A stretch of DNA of 33,431 nt from Cyanophyceae cyanobacterium (lineage in GTDB: Bacteria > Cyanobacteriota > Cyanobacteriia > Cyanobacteriales > JBHJGN01), in contig JBHJGN010000098.1 of NCBI GenBank assembly GCA_050331735.1, positions 1 to 33,431 on the forward strand, written 5' to 3'. This document shows positions 1 to 8,519 of this stretch, in pieces (position 1 is the stretch's first letter; each line of letters opens with the position of its first letter). The position numbers were made by a program, and so were the translations under genes. The notes beneath the pieces were generated by a model. That model had not been told where the DNA came from, did no database searches, and worked only from the letters and a program-made list of their open reading frames with translations.

Positions 1-79
1 ACAAGAAGCGTTGCTTGCCAGTATGAATGCGGCCATTTTTGACGGTTTTCTTGGAGGTACACTTGGGACAGCTCGGCAT
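1..79 (-). CDS. IS1-family transposase InsA-like N-terminus (partial)
   Basis: Hand translation from ATG at 79: MPSCPKCTSKKTVKNGRIHTGKQRFL(C), the CPxC...KNG...GKQRxxC zinc-ribbon of IS1 transposases. Not in the ORF track. Confidence 0.85.
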   Translation of the reverse strand, partial: MPSCPKCTSKKTVKNGRIHTGKQRFL

Positions 80-127
80 TGTTACAGAACGTTACTTCTT
101 TACAACCCTACCATACCCATCATTACC
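1..127 (-). mobile_element. Left end of an IS1-family insertion sequence (runs off the window start)
   Basis: Minus strand begins GGTAATG at 127-121, matching the IS1 terminal repeat start GGT(A/G)ATG. An InsA-like ORF follows 48 nt inside. Confidence 0.8.
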
Positions 128-200
128 TCTAGAGCTTTACCGCCTCCGGGAAACAACTGGCACACCGGAGCTACTTCCGGCGGCTAAGTTGAGCAAGCTC

Positions 201-229
201 AATAGCAGCGGTTAGAAACCGCCGCTATT
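201..229 (-). terminator. Stem-loop downstream of the HNH-like gene
   Basis: Minus strand AATAGCGGCGGTT-tct-AACCGCTGCTATT, 13-bp stem with one G-U pair; weak U-tract. Confidence 0.4.
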
Positions 230-321
230 CTGAATCCCGAACTGACGTTATTAGCAATTAACAAGACAGTAGAAAGTCAGCCTCTCCGCCATGCTCTAAC
301 AAGCGGTTACAGTGAAACTTG

Positions 322-594
322 TTACCGGTGAACGCGAACGCGCTTGTTAGGGTCTTGTTTCTTAATCCAGGCTAAAAATTTTTGCATTCTCGGTTCGCTA
401 CGGAGCTTGTCTGCGGTATTTAAACTTTGTGCCAAGTCTTTGTTGTTGAATAGGTGATGGAGCTGGCGGTGACAGGCAGAGCAAATATCAATCGTTGGAC
501 CCGGAGCGGCTTTTTTGCGCTTAACCGCTTGACGGGGAACGAGGTGATGAACGGTTAATTGTTCCATCTCCCTTTGACAAAGTTCACAGTTCAT
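322..594 (-). CDS. Small HNH endonuclease-like protein (YisB-like)
   Basis: CELC...TVHHLVP...ICSACHRQLH zinc-binding HNH signature. Confidence 0.85.
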   Translation of the reverse strand: MNCELCQREMEQLTVHHLVPRQAVKRKKAAPGPTIDICSACHRQLHHLFNNKDLAQSLNTADKLRSEPRMQKFLAWIKKQDPNKRVRVHR

Positions 595-726
595 TGTTGT
601 CGACTAATCGGTAGCTTATCAGCTCTAGAGCACTATGGGATCCAACGGGACGAGCTTTATCCCATCATAAAGTGAACCATTTGCTGGTCGCGTCAGTCTA
701 AAGCAACAAGAGATCGTCAGGATAGC

Positions 727-1308
727 TTGCCGGTGTTAACGAATGACCAAGCTCGGATTACTGATAGGGAGCTGGTGCTCCAATGCCAGCAGGGAGATCG
801 GGCTGCCTTTCGACAACTATATTGTCGTTACCAACCGCGGGTGAGAGCGACTCTTTATCAACTCTGCGGCGAGCGGGTTCTTGACGATCTTATCCAGGAA
901 GTTTTCTTAAGAGCGTGGAAAGGATTGCCCAAGCTGAGGGAAGCAGCCTATTTCTCCACCTGGATCTATCGGATTACCTGGAACGTTGCTTCAGAGCATC
1001 GACGCTACTCCGCTCAAACTCAACGGCGCAGTCAAGAATACCGACAAACAACGGCTCAAACATTTCAAAGTCTTGTTCGCAATGCCCCCGATCTGATGCA
1101 GCTTCATTATCAAGACTTAGTGCAAAGAGGATTGCAAAGTCTTAGTTTTGAGCATCGGACCGTGATTGTCCTGCACGACCTCGAAGATTTACCGCAAAGG
1201 GAAGTCGCTCAAATTTTACGGCTACCGCTCGGGACGGTAAAATCCCGTCTTTTCCATGCTCGCAAAGCTATTCGCCAATTTCTTCAGCAGCAAGGAGTCT
1301 CGCTATGA
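727..1308 (+). CDS. ECF-type sigma-70 family RNA polymerase sigma factor
   Basis: Region 2 (DDLIQEVFLRAW...FSTWIYRITWN) and region 4 (EVAQILRLPLGTVKSRLFHAR). Confidence 0.93.
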   Translation: MPVLTNDQARITDRELVLQCQQGDRAAFRQLYCRYQPRVRATLYQLCGERVLDDLIQEVFLRAWKGLPKLREAAYFSTWIYRITWNVASEHRRYSAQTQRRSQEYRQTTAQTFQSLVRNAPDLMQLHYQDLVQRGLQSLSFEHRTVIVLHDLEDLPQREVAQILRLPLGTVKSRLFHARKAIRQFLQQQGVSL

Positions 1309-1652
1309 AACATCCAGACGACGAGCGATTAATTCACTTTCTACAGCAGCATCGTCCCGTTCCGCCTTCAGGGAAGCACAATCAGGAAGAACAGTTAATG
1401 GCACTCGTTGAGAGACGCACCAAGCCTCGTTTGTCTCGCTGGATTGTTCCTGGGGCAATTGCTACCAGTTTACTGTGGGGAGGCGCTCGCTTTCTAAGTC
1501 CTCCCCTGCAAACTGCCAAGGAAACGGAACCCCTAGAAATCTTTTTAACCAACAGTTGGAACAATCTGTTAGAAAATAACTTGAGCGATCGCCCAACTTC
1601 TGAAGCTGATTCGCTACGTCCGCAGCCTCAGTTGGTTCATTCAGAAGATTAA
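1305..1652 (+). CDS. Putative membrane-anchored anti-sigma factor
   Basis: ATGA overlap with the sigma gene stop; DERLIHFLQQHRPVPP N-terminus, one hydrophobic segment, LEIFLTNSW motif typical of cyanobacterial ECF partners. Confidence 0.7.
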   Translation: MKHPDDERLIHFLQQHRPVPPSGKHNQEEQLMALVERRTKPRLSRWIVPGAIATSLLWGGARFLSPPLQTAKETEPLEIFLTNSWNNLLENNLSDRPTSEADSLRPQPQLVHSED

Positions 1653-1961
1653 CTTCGTCTCATTCCATGAAGATTGGCAGCTCTAAGTTTTTGGAGATTG
1701 CTGTTATCCCTGACTCCAACAGCCATCATTATTGTTTGTAGTTAGTAGGAACAATTAACGATCAACAATGAATAATTCTTCAAGCGAGGTCGTTCTCATC
1801 CTCCTCCCACTTGGAAGAATGTAACGATAGACACAATAATTTATCAACAAAAGTAGTAAATCTAAACTTTACTACTGCATATCTTATGTTCCTGTGCTTG
1901 AACAGTGGAGAGCGATGGGAGTGTGCTCGCGTCTCGCGTTAATATTTATCAATAGTAACCG

Positions 1962-3443
1962 ATGAAGAAAAAATGGCTGTTAGCAACGGTCTCTGTCGTT
2001 TTTGCCCTATCTATTATTTTGGTTCAGGGAAGAGCTGAGCGCGTTATTGCCCAAACGACAGACGAGATTCCGGCAGAGCTAGAAATGGTGACTTCGGCAG
2101 ACTATCCGCCCTACGAATTTCGAGATACTGCCGCTGGCAATGAAATTATCGGCTTTGATATCGATATTGCTAACTATATTGCCGACGAATTGGGGTTTGA
2201 ACTAGAAATTACCGATACGGATTTTAACGGCATTATCCCGGCACTACAGTCGGGTCGGGCTGACTTTGCGATGGCGGGGATGACTCCAACCGAGGAGCGC
2301 CAACAGAACGTCGATTTTTCCGAGATTTACTACGAAGCCAAAAATACGATCGTAGCAACGCAAGGCAGCAATCTGACCCAGCCGGAAGATTTGGCCGGTA
2401 AAACTGTCGGTGTTCAGCTTGGTTCTACACAAGAGGAATCGGCGCAAACGATGGCAGAATCTGTAGATGGAATGCAGATTAAGCCTCTGAATCGGACGAG
2501 TGAAATTATTCAAGAAGTCAAAGCCGGTCGTGTAGATGCTGCCATTATCGAAGACACTATTGCTAAAGGCTTTGTGGCATCTAACCCGGATTTAGAATTT
2601 AGCACGATTCCGAATACCGAAGCGGCAGGTTCTGCCGTTGCTTTTCCACAAGGGTCACCTCTAGTTGATGATTTCAACCGCGTTCTCGAAGAGATGAAGG
2701 AAAGCGGCGAATTGGACAGGCTGGTGAACAAGTGGTTCGGCGATGGAGAGACGGATGCGAGTCCGGACAATGAGGAAGTGAGCAGCGCGCTATCGTTTGC
2801 CAGAATTGTGCCGAGCATTCCGTTTATTCTCAAAGGAATTGGAGTGACGCTGCTGTTTACGGCTCTTTCCGCTCTTTTTGGCTTCGTCTGGGGAACTGTA
2901 CTATCGCTATTCAAAATTTCCAATATTACACCGCTGACTTGGTTTGCCAACGCCTATACCTCAATATTTAGAGGGACACCGCTGCTGTTGCAAATTGCGA
3001 TTGTTTACTACGCGACACCACAGCTCACTGGCTACGATATTCCGGCCCTGCTAGCAGGCGTCATTACCTTTACGCTCAACTCTGGAGCCTACATTTCTGA
3101 AACAATTCGCGGCGGTATTCTAGCGGTTGACAAAGGACAGCGAGAGGCGGCGCTGTCGCTAGGGGTTCCCTACAAACCAATGATGTTGGATATTATTTTG
3201 CCCCAGGCGATTAAGAATATTTTGCCCGCGCTGGTGAACGAAAGTATTGCCCTCCTCAAAGATTCCGCTTTGGTGTCAACAATTGGGGTGGCTGATTTGT
3301 TACGTCGCGCTCAAATAGTCGGAGCCGAACAGTATATTTACTTTGAGCCTCTGCTATTTGCTGGTGCTGTTTACTATTTAATGGTGATGAGCTTGACCTG
3401 GGGAGGCTATGCCCTTGAAAGACGATTACAAAGTAGCAGTTAG
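1962..3443 (+). CDS. Polar amino-acid ABC transporter, fused substrate-binding protein and permease (BgtB/ArtPQ-like)
   Basis: Signal peptide, SBP family 3 motifs (TSADYPPYEF, GFDIDIA), HisM-type permease (FRGTPLLLQ; AYISETIRGGI...GQREAA). Confidence 0.92.
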   Translation: MKKKWLLATVSVVFALSIILVQGRAERVIAQTTDEIPAELEMVTSADYPPYEFRDTAAGNEIIGFDIDIANYIADELGFELEITDTDFNGIIPALQSGRADFAMAGMTPTEERQQNVDFSEIYYEAKNTIVATQGSNLTQPEDLAGKTVGVQLGSTQEESAQTMAESVDGMQIKPLNRTSEIIQEVKAGRVDAAIIEDTIAKGFVASNPDLEFSTIPNTEAAGSAVAFPQGSPLVDDFNRVLEEMKESGELDRLVNKWFGDGETDASPDNEEVSSALSFARIVPSIPFILKGIGVTLLFTALSALFGFVWGTVLSLFKISNITPLTWFANAYTSIFRGTPLLLQIAIVYYATPQLTGYDIPALLAGVITFTLNSGAYISETIRGGILAVDKGQREAALSLGVPYKPMMLDIILPQAIKNILPALVNESIALLKDSALVSTIGVADLLRRAQIVGAEQYIYFEPLLFAGAVYYLMVMSLTWGGYALERRLQSSS

Positions 3444-4158
3444 AGTCGAGGATTTGCACAAATCCTTTGGAAATCTCAAGGTTCTTCAGGGGATTTCGAC
3501 CGAGATTGGCAAAGGGGAAGTGGTGGCGGTCATTGGTCCTTCTGGATCGGGGAAGTCCACGTTTCTGCGCTGTTTGAATTTGCTGGAAACTCCCACATCC
3601 GGCAAGATTTATATTAACGGAACGGAAATTACGAAGCCGAAAACCGACGTGCTGAAGCTGCGGCAAAAGGTCGGGATGGTGTTTCAACATTTCAACCTGT
3701 TTCCCCACATGACGGTGTTGAAGAACGTTACCTACGCGCCCACGAGGGTTAAAAACGTTGACAAAGCGAAGGCCCAAGAAAAGGCGATGGAATTGTTAAC
3801 CCGCGTTGGGCTACCAGAGAAGGCAGATACCTATCCAGCAAAGCTATCGGGAGGACAAAAGCAGCGAGTCGCGATCGCCCGCGCCCTGGCGATGGAACCG
3901 GAGGTGATGCTGTTCGACGAACCAACCTCTGCCCTCGACCCGGAAACGGTGAAAGAGGTGCTAGAGGCGATGCAGGATTTGGCGAAGACAGGGATCACGA
4001 TGGCGGTGGTGACTCACGAAATGGGCTTCGCGCGGGAAGTAGCCAACCGGATTCTGTTTCTCGATGGCGGACGACTCGTCGAAGATTCGCCGCCGAATCG
4101 GTTCTTTGCCAATCCAGACTGCGATCGCGCCCGTCAGTTCCTCGAAAAAATGCTGTAA
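3409..4158 (+). CDS. Polar amino-acid ABC transporter ATP-binding protein (GlnQ-like)
   Basis: [30 protein letters not shown]. Confidence 0.95.
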   Translation: MPLKDDYKVAVRVEDLHKSFGNLKVLQGISTEIGKGEVVAVIGPSGSGKSTFLRCLNLLETPTSGKIYINGTEITKPKTDVLKLRQKVGMVFQHFNLFPHMTVLKNVTYAPTRVKNVDKAKAQEKAMELLTRVGLPEKADTYPAKLSGGQKQRVAIARALAMEPEVMLFDEPTSALDPETVKEVLEAMQDLAKTGITMAVVTHEMGFAREVANRILFLDGGRLVEDSPPNRFFANPDCDRARQFLEKML

Positions 4159-4361
4159 CTGGCTTTAGTTAACTCACTATTCGTATCGAAACCAATAGCG
4201 ACGGCTACGCTAGCTTGCTTTATGTTCTATTTCGTTCCCGTATTAGCTGAAGAGCGGGTAGTCGGCGGTTCGTGGAAACTGGAGGTTTCTTGAATAAAAC
4301 CGCGAGCGATCGCTTAATATCGACGCAGAGAAGATGTAGCCACTAGACGATCGAGAGTCTC

Positions 4362-4436
4362 ATGGCGAGTCAAGAACTGAGTACCAGCGCTCAAAAAGTT
4401 CAAGATGCTTTCTCAGAGATGGGGTTGAGCTTTCAG
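4362..4436 (+). pseudogene. 5' fragment of a YbaK/EbsC-family (aminoacyl-tRNA editing) gene
   Basis: MASQELSTSAQKVQDAFSEMGLSFQ resembles the LSxSAQxVQxAL N-terminus of YbaK/EbsC proteins; similarity is lost after ~25 codons. Confidence 0.55.
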
Positions 4437-4586
4437 TGCGCAAATCACAGGCGGCAAAGTGATTTCGATTCAATGAGCAAGCGTAGCCGCATAAGAATTG
4501 GCAGTTTTTATGGGCGATCGCTCTTGCGTTTCCGAACTATCCGAGTCTGCCGCTGATCTTACCCGTTAGAGCTATAGACCTACATT

Positions 4587-4663
4587 TGGCAGAAGTGGCG
4601 GGACTCAAACCCGCACCTATCTGGTTGTTTAAACCGATGCTCTGCCAGTTGAACTACACCGAT
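4587..4663 (-). ncRNA. Degenerate tRNA-like element with encoded 3' CCA
   Basis: Minus strand: ATCGGTG TA GTTC-AACTGGCA-GAGC A TCGGT-TTAAACA-ACC(A)GA TAGGT GCGGG-TTTGAGT-CCCGC CACTTCT G CCA. D and T arms pair well; the acceptor stem has 2 mismatches and the anticodon stem a bulge. Confidence 0.8.
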
Positions 4664-5035
4664 AGACAGCTCACGGGGTCGGAAGTAGTTCCGACCCCGT
4701 GTCCTCAGCAATAGTCCCCGAACCCACCCTCACCAGATTCAACAGATCAACACGCGGTAGTCAAGTGTTATTTTGCACTGTACTCTTGTCACATTGCTGG
4801 GCGTAACCGATAAATCGGATTTGAACCGTTTGCGCTTGCCCGCAGCGCGCCAAGGAAGTGTCGTTTCGTAGGACACAGATTTCCAACTTGCCCAGTTAGC
4901 GGGTTGTGTTCGCCTCTGCTGGCTCTGGATACCAACTATTGTTTAACTATCCACCAACTTCAAGCTCCGCCCGAAGGAGTGCAAGCTCCAGGGCAGTTTT
5001 ACGTTCTCAGGAAACCTCCGAACTCTGCCCTGGCT
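4587..5035 (-). ncRNA. Candidate ~450-nt structured RNA downstream of the DIP1984-family gene
   Basis: Stems at 4988-4996/5025-5033, 4926-4953, 4854-4884, 4832-4848, 4816-4828 (T-loop), 4797-4802/4890-4895, 4726-4732/4793-4799 and 4672-4701 (13-bp perfect), ending in a tRNA-like module. No ORF of 60 aa or more on this strand. Confidence 0.65.
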
Positions 5036-5038
5036 GCT

Positions 5039-5491
5039 TTAAGCAAGCTCAACCTGCCAGTTTAGGGCTTGAATCTGCGCGTCTAAAAGACGATGCTCTT
5101 GGGACACCCGATCAAGCTGACGCTGTAAGTCTGCAATATCAACGGTGCTTACAAATCGCACCTCTGACCGACTGTAACGGTTACTGGTAACGGCGGCGTG
5201 CTGAATTAAGTTACTTAAGACATTATGCTTAGCGATCAGCGTGTCGCGCTGTGCTAAGGCATCCGATAGTGTGCCCTCAGTAAAAGCAGTGTTTGAGTTC
5301 GTCCGGTTAATACGCTGGATCAGACCAGTTAGCTCAGAAATTGTTGCTTCTAGCTCTGCTAAAAGCGCTTGGGGGTTTTCAGGAGGCTGATCGCCCTCTT
5401 GGACTTGAGCACTTCGCATCAATCGCTGACTGAGTTGAGAAATTTTCTTTTGACAATCAGCCCGTAAGATGAGGGCTTCCGCGAGCTTCAT
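5039..5491 (-). CDS. DIP1984-family helical/coiled-coil protein
   Basis: Family signature MKLAEALILRAD...QVQEGDQPPENP...RINRTN...RYSRSEVRF...LDAQIQALNW; strong SD AGGAGG upstream. Confidence 0.9.
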   Translation of the reverse strand: MKLAEALILRADCQKKISQLSQRLMRSAQVQEGDQPPENPQALLAELEATISELTGLIQRINRTNSNTAFTEGTLSDALAQRDTLIAKHNVLSNLIQHAAVTSNRYSRSEVRFVSTVDIADLQRQLDRVSQEHRLLDAQIQALNWQVELA

Positions 5492-5691
5492 CGTCTTTAC
5501 CTCCTCGAATAAAAATCCGTTTTACTATTGGCTCCCCTAGGAAGTAGGTAGATGTCCAAAAATTTTGAATGACAGTTGACTGGCTTTACTTTTCCCGGCT
5601 TTCCTTGATGGTTGACTTAATTGGGTCGATCAATTTAGCGAGAGCATACAGGCGATGTAGGATTTGAGCCTACGCTCTTCTATTGTTTGAG

Positions 5692-6075
5692 TTATGCCAG
5701 TGAGGAAAGAGAGGCTTCGTGCCTCTGCCACAGCTTGTAGAGCAAGAACTCGGTGCGATCGCTCAGCACAGCTAAAAACGTTCCTTCAAGAGCGTCACTA
5801 CTCTCGGCGAGCCAGCTTCCGTGCAGGTTAACCTCTACTAGCTCATCATCAACAGCCATGACGGTGAGCAAGCTGCCCTCCCGTTGCAGCCTCATTTCTA
5901 GCTGCTCTAACTCAGGAATATCACCAGGCAACAGAAAGGAAGCACAACCTGGTTCAACATAGAGAGCTTGTCCTAAGCGCACAGCCAGGAGGACTCGCTG
6001 GGTAATGACCATCTCTGGGGAGGTTACAACTCGCTCCATAAATAGTCCTACTTCGGTATAGTTCAGCTTCAACAT
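5692..6075 (-). CDS. Cyanobacterial alr0857-family conserved hypothetical protein
   Basis: MLKLNYTE...RVLLAVRLGQALYVEPGCASFLLP...VEVNLHGSW...EGTFLAVLSDRTEFLLYKLWQ; SD AGGAGG upstream. Confidence 0.8.
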   Translation of the reverse strand: MLKLNYTEVGLFMERVVTSPEMVITQRVLLAVRLGQALYVEPGCASFLLPGDIPELEQLEMRLQREGSLLTVMAVDDELVEVNLHGSWLAESSDALEGTFLAVLSDRTEFLLYKLWQRHEASLSSLA

Positions 6076-6176
6076 TGGCCTTACCTCCTTCCTGATGTGG
6101 AATCAGCTATCGATGCTGGTGTCTCGAGCCAAACTTTGAGTCATTGATTTTGTTAAGCTGGCCCAAACTTCACCTC

Positions 6177-6217
6177 AAAAAATAACCCCCGCTTCTGGTA
6201 CTTAGAAGCGGGGGTTA
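6177..6217 (-). terminator. Intrinsic terminator
   Basis: Perfect 14-bp stem (6183-6196/6204-6217, TAACCCCCGCTTCT) followed by T6 on the minus strand. Confidence 0.85.
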
Positions 6218-6563
6218 GGGCGTAATACGCTGTACCTATGTCGGTGTCAGAATGGTCCTACACCTCCCGCTTTTAAGCAGATGATCCTCATTGAGCCCAC
6301 TGGCAATGGCTACATCAATGACCGTAATGGCGGATCTGCCGCTAAACTGAGCCGCGTCCTCAACGGAGCACAGGCCGGAGTGCTCCTGTATCGATAACGG
6401 CTGATACTGCATCAAATAGCAGCCCACCATTCCGCGCTCACGCCCAAGCAGCGCCAGTGCAGTGCCTAAACCGCGACCGGGTTGGCACTGGAGGGCGTTG
6501 CGTAGGATAGATAGAACGAGGGGAATCATGGCAGACTGTAGTATTTGTATTACAAGCTGAGAT
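6177..6563 (-). ncRNA. Predicted ~385-nt transcript (sRNA or leader RNA, possibly encoding the 97-aa ORF 6236-6529)
   Basis: Bounded by a near-consensus promoter and an intrinsic terminator, upstream of the alr0857-family gene. Confidence 0.5.
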
Positions 6564-6569
6564 TCTCAG

Positions 6570-6598
6570 ATTTTATACTTGCCGCTTGAGATTGTCAA
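6570..6598 (-). promoter_or_regulatory. Sigma-70 promoter
   Basis: Minus strand TTGACA (6598-6593), 17-nt spacer, TAAAAT (6575-6570). Confidence 0.7.
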
Positions 6599-6722
6599 CT
6601 CTTTATTTTAATTAGCGCTGTGGGCGTGGGGCAAGCAGCTTGCGCTGCGGGAAAAGGGAAAGCGCTTTTAGGCGCAGGGAAAGAAGTCGTTCCGCAAGAA
6701 CAGTTTCCCCGTCCCGAAGGGA

Positions 6723-7586
6723 CTACCCTCGATTCGTACAAAAAACCCCAGCAATCACTAATGCGCCGCCTACAGCTAAGGCCAACGTAATCGGTTCTCC
6801 TAGAAGTAAAGCCGCGAGCAGAATGGCCGCTATGGGAACAAGATTAATGAAGATCGAAGCTTTGGCCGCACCGATGGAGCGTACTCCTGAGTAGTACCAG
6901 CTAAAGCCAAGGGCTGAACCAAACAGCCCTAGATAAAGAACGGCTAATCCCGCAGCGAGGGAAAGCTTTTGAATGTCGGTCATTAAGCCATGCTGCAGTG
7001 CTGGAGGCAATAAGGCGATCGCTCCCACAATACAGGCAGAGGTTGTCGCCACCAGGGGAGACAACTGGCCCATGACCTGCTTACCCACCAGCGTATAAAC
7101 GACCCAACTGGCAACGCAGCCGAACATAAATAGGTCTCCAATCTGCACTCCTCCGGTCAGCAAGTCGAGAGGATTGCCTCGACCAATGACGATGGCAGCC
7201 CCCCATAGCGAGGTGGCGATGCCCAGCAGCTTCAGAGGCGTGAGGCGTTCTCCTAAAAATAGCGCCGAGAAGAGGGCGATCGCAATCGGATTGAGCGCGA
7301 CAATCAGTGCTGCCCGTCCTGCCGGAACTGTTTGTAGTCCTAAAAAGAAGAAAATATTGTAGGCAAACACCCCGCTTAATCCGAGCACCAGGATTTGTGG
7401 GAGTTGCCGGAGTTTCAGTGCTAAGCCCCCTTCTAGAGAATAAGTCACAATGAGTAAGGCAACTGTGGCTATAGCAAAGCGCATGAACGCCACCGCGAAC
7501 GGATCGACACTTTCAACAACGAGGCGACCCGCGATAAACGTGCCTCCCCAAACGATTGCCGTCAGCACCAGTTGCACGTAAACCAT
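6723..7586 (-). CDS. DMT/EamA-family transporter
   Basis: About 10 TM helices; WGGTFIAGR, FMRFAIA, ASIFINLVP, LLGEPIT. Confidence 0.92.
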   Translation of the reverse strand: MVYVQLVLTAIVWGGTFIAGRLVVESVDPFAVAFMRFAIATVALLIVTYSLEGGLALKLRQLPQILVLGLSGVFAYNIFFFLGLQTVPAGRAALIVALNPIAIALFSALFLGERLTPLKLLGIATSLWGAAIVIGRGNPLDLLTGGVQIGDLFMFGCVASWVVYTLVGKQVMGQLSPLVATTSACIVGAIALLPPALQHGLMTDIQKLSLAAGLAVLYLGLFGSALGFSWYYSGVRSIGAAKASIFINLVPIAAILLAALLLGEPITLALAVGGALVIAGVFCTNRG

Positions 7587-7728
7587 AGTTTTCTTGACGC
7601 TTTAGAATCGTTGCCGTCTCACCTTCGCAAGAGTGCCATCCGTTTTGCCCTTCTGCTCAGATTTGAATAGCTCAACAATACAGTTTTCCCTACTTTCTCA
7701 CGGTCTCGCGCTCAATGAGCCAGAATAT

Positions 7729-8208
7729 CTACAGTTTGACAACTTGTGTCTTGCTGTGCCTAGGGGAATTAAACTTGTCGTCGGTCAACCACTGCTGCGG
7801 TCGATAAGTTCCAAAGACCCGATCCCATACATCTATAGATAAACCATAGTTACAGCGGCAACTATACTTGTGATGCAGATAGTGAACTGGGACTTTCATC
7901 CAGAAGCATTGAGCTGGATGTTCGTGTTGCAGTTGGTGCGTATAAGCGGCAAAAGCAGCAAAGGCTAATCCTCCTAAAATAGCGCCAATTCCGGCTGACC
8001 AGGAAACAAAAAACAGCGGGCAAAAGACCAAAGCGGCCTGACTGTAGCTTTTAAAGTCCTGTAGTACTCCGAAGCTTTCTTCGTAATGATGTTTGTAGTG
8101 AGAAGTTAAAGATCCAAACCAGGGAAAAGTGTGCATCGAGCGGTGAGCCCAGTATTCAATCAAGCTAGAAAGAATCACTGCGAGGACAAAAAAAGCGATG
8201 ATGATCAT
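7729..8208 (-). CDS. Sterol desaturase/fatty acid hydroxylase-family protein
   Basis: His boxes EYWAHRSMH, HYKHH, YTHQLQH, HYLHH and NYG...WDRVFGT. Confidence 0.85.
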   Translation of the reverse strand: MIIIAFFVLAVILSSLIEYWAHRSMHTFPWFGSLTSHYKHHYEESFGVLQDFKSYSQAALVFCPLFFVSWSAGIGAILGGLAFAAFAAYTHQLQHEHPAQCFWMKVPVHYLHHKYSCRCNYGLSIDVWDRVFGTYRPQQWLTDDKFNSPRHSKTQVVKL

Positions 8209-8519
8209 AAAGTCTGTTGTTACATCCTTGTAGTATGGTGATGGTGAGTGAGGAGCACGGTCATAAAGTTAGATTAGGAGTGTAAGCCACCAGCGGAAAA
8301 AGACTGGTTAATCTTACCAGCGATAGCTCTTCTTAGCAAAACTTTACTTTTCTAGCTAGCTTGTTTATGGACTACTCGGGCTGAGACGATGTTCCAGATT
8401 TGAAGCTGAGCGCAAGGACTATCTATCTCCAGGCATACTCGATGCGATCGCTTTTTCTCGTCGCCACTGTAGCAATTGAAACGGCAAGCTCATAAACTTT
8501 ATGGTTTGCTAGTCGTCAA

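Noticed and set aside
27..215. 62-aa plus-strand ORF
   Set aside because: Antisense to the IS1 transposase start and spans the IS end.
1652..1745. Possible remnant of a signal-peptide gene after the anti-sigma factor (LRLIP*RLAALSFWRLLLSLTPTA)
   Set aside because: Too short and degenerate to support an assignment.
1820..1876. NtcA-like TGT-N10-ACA and a 9-bp inverted repeat upstream of the first ABC operon
   Set aside because: GTA-N8-CAC is imperfect and there is no TAN3T at the expected 22-nt distance.
4988..5033. Hairpin after DIP1984 as an intrinsic terminator
   Set aside because: No U-tract follows on the minus strand and further helices continue downstream.
4906..5190. 94-aa plus-strand ORF
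   Set aside because: Antisense to the DIP1984 gene and structured RNA; no recognisable protein features.
8210..8519. Guanidine-I riboswitch upstream of the DUF1989 gene
   Set aside because: Conserved ykkC-yxkD sequence elements not seen.
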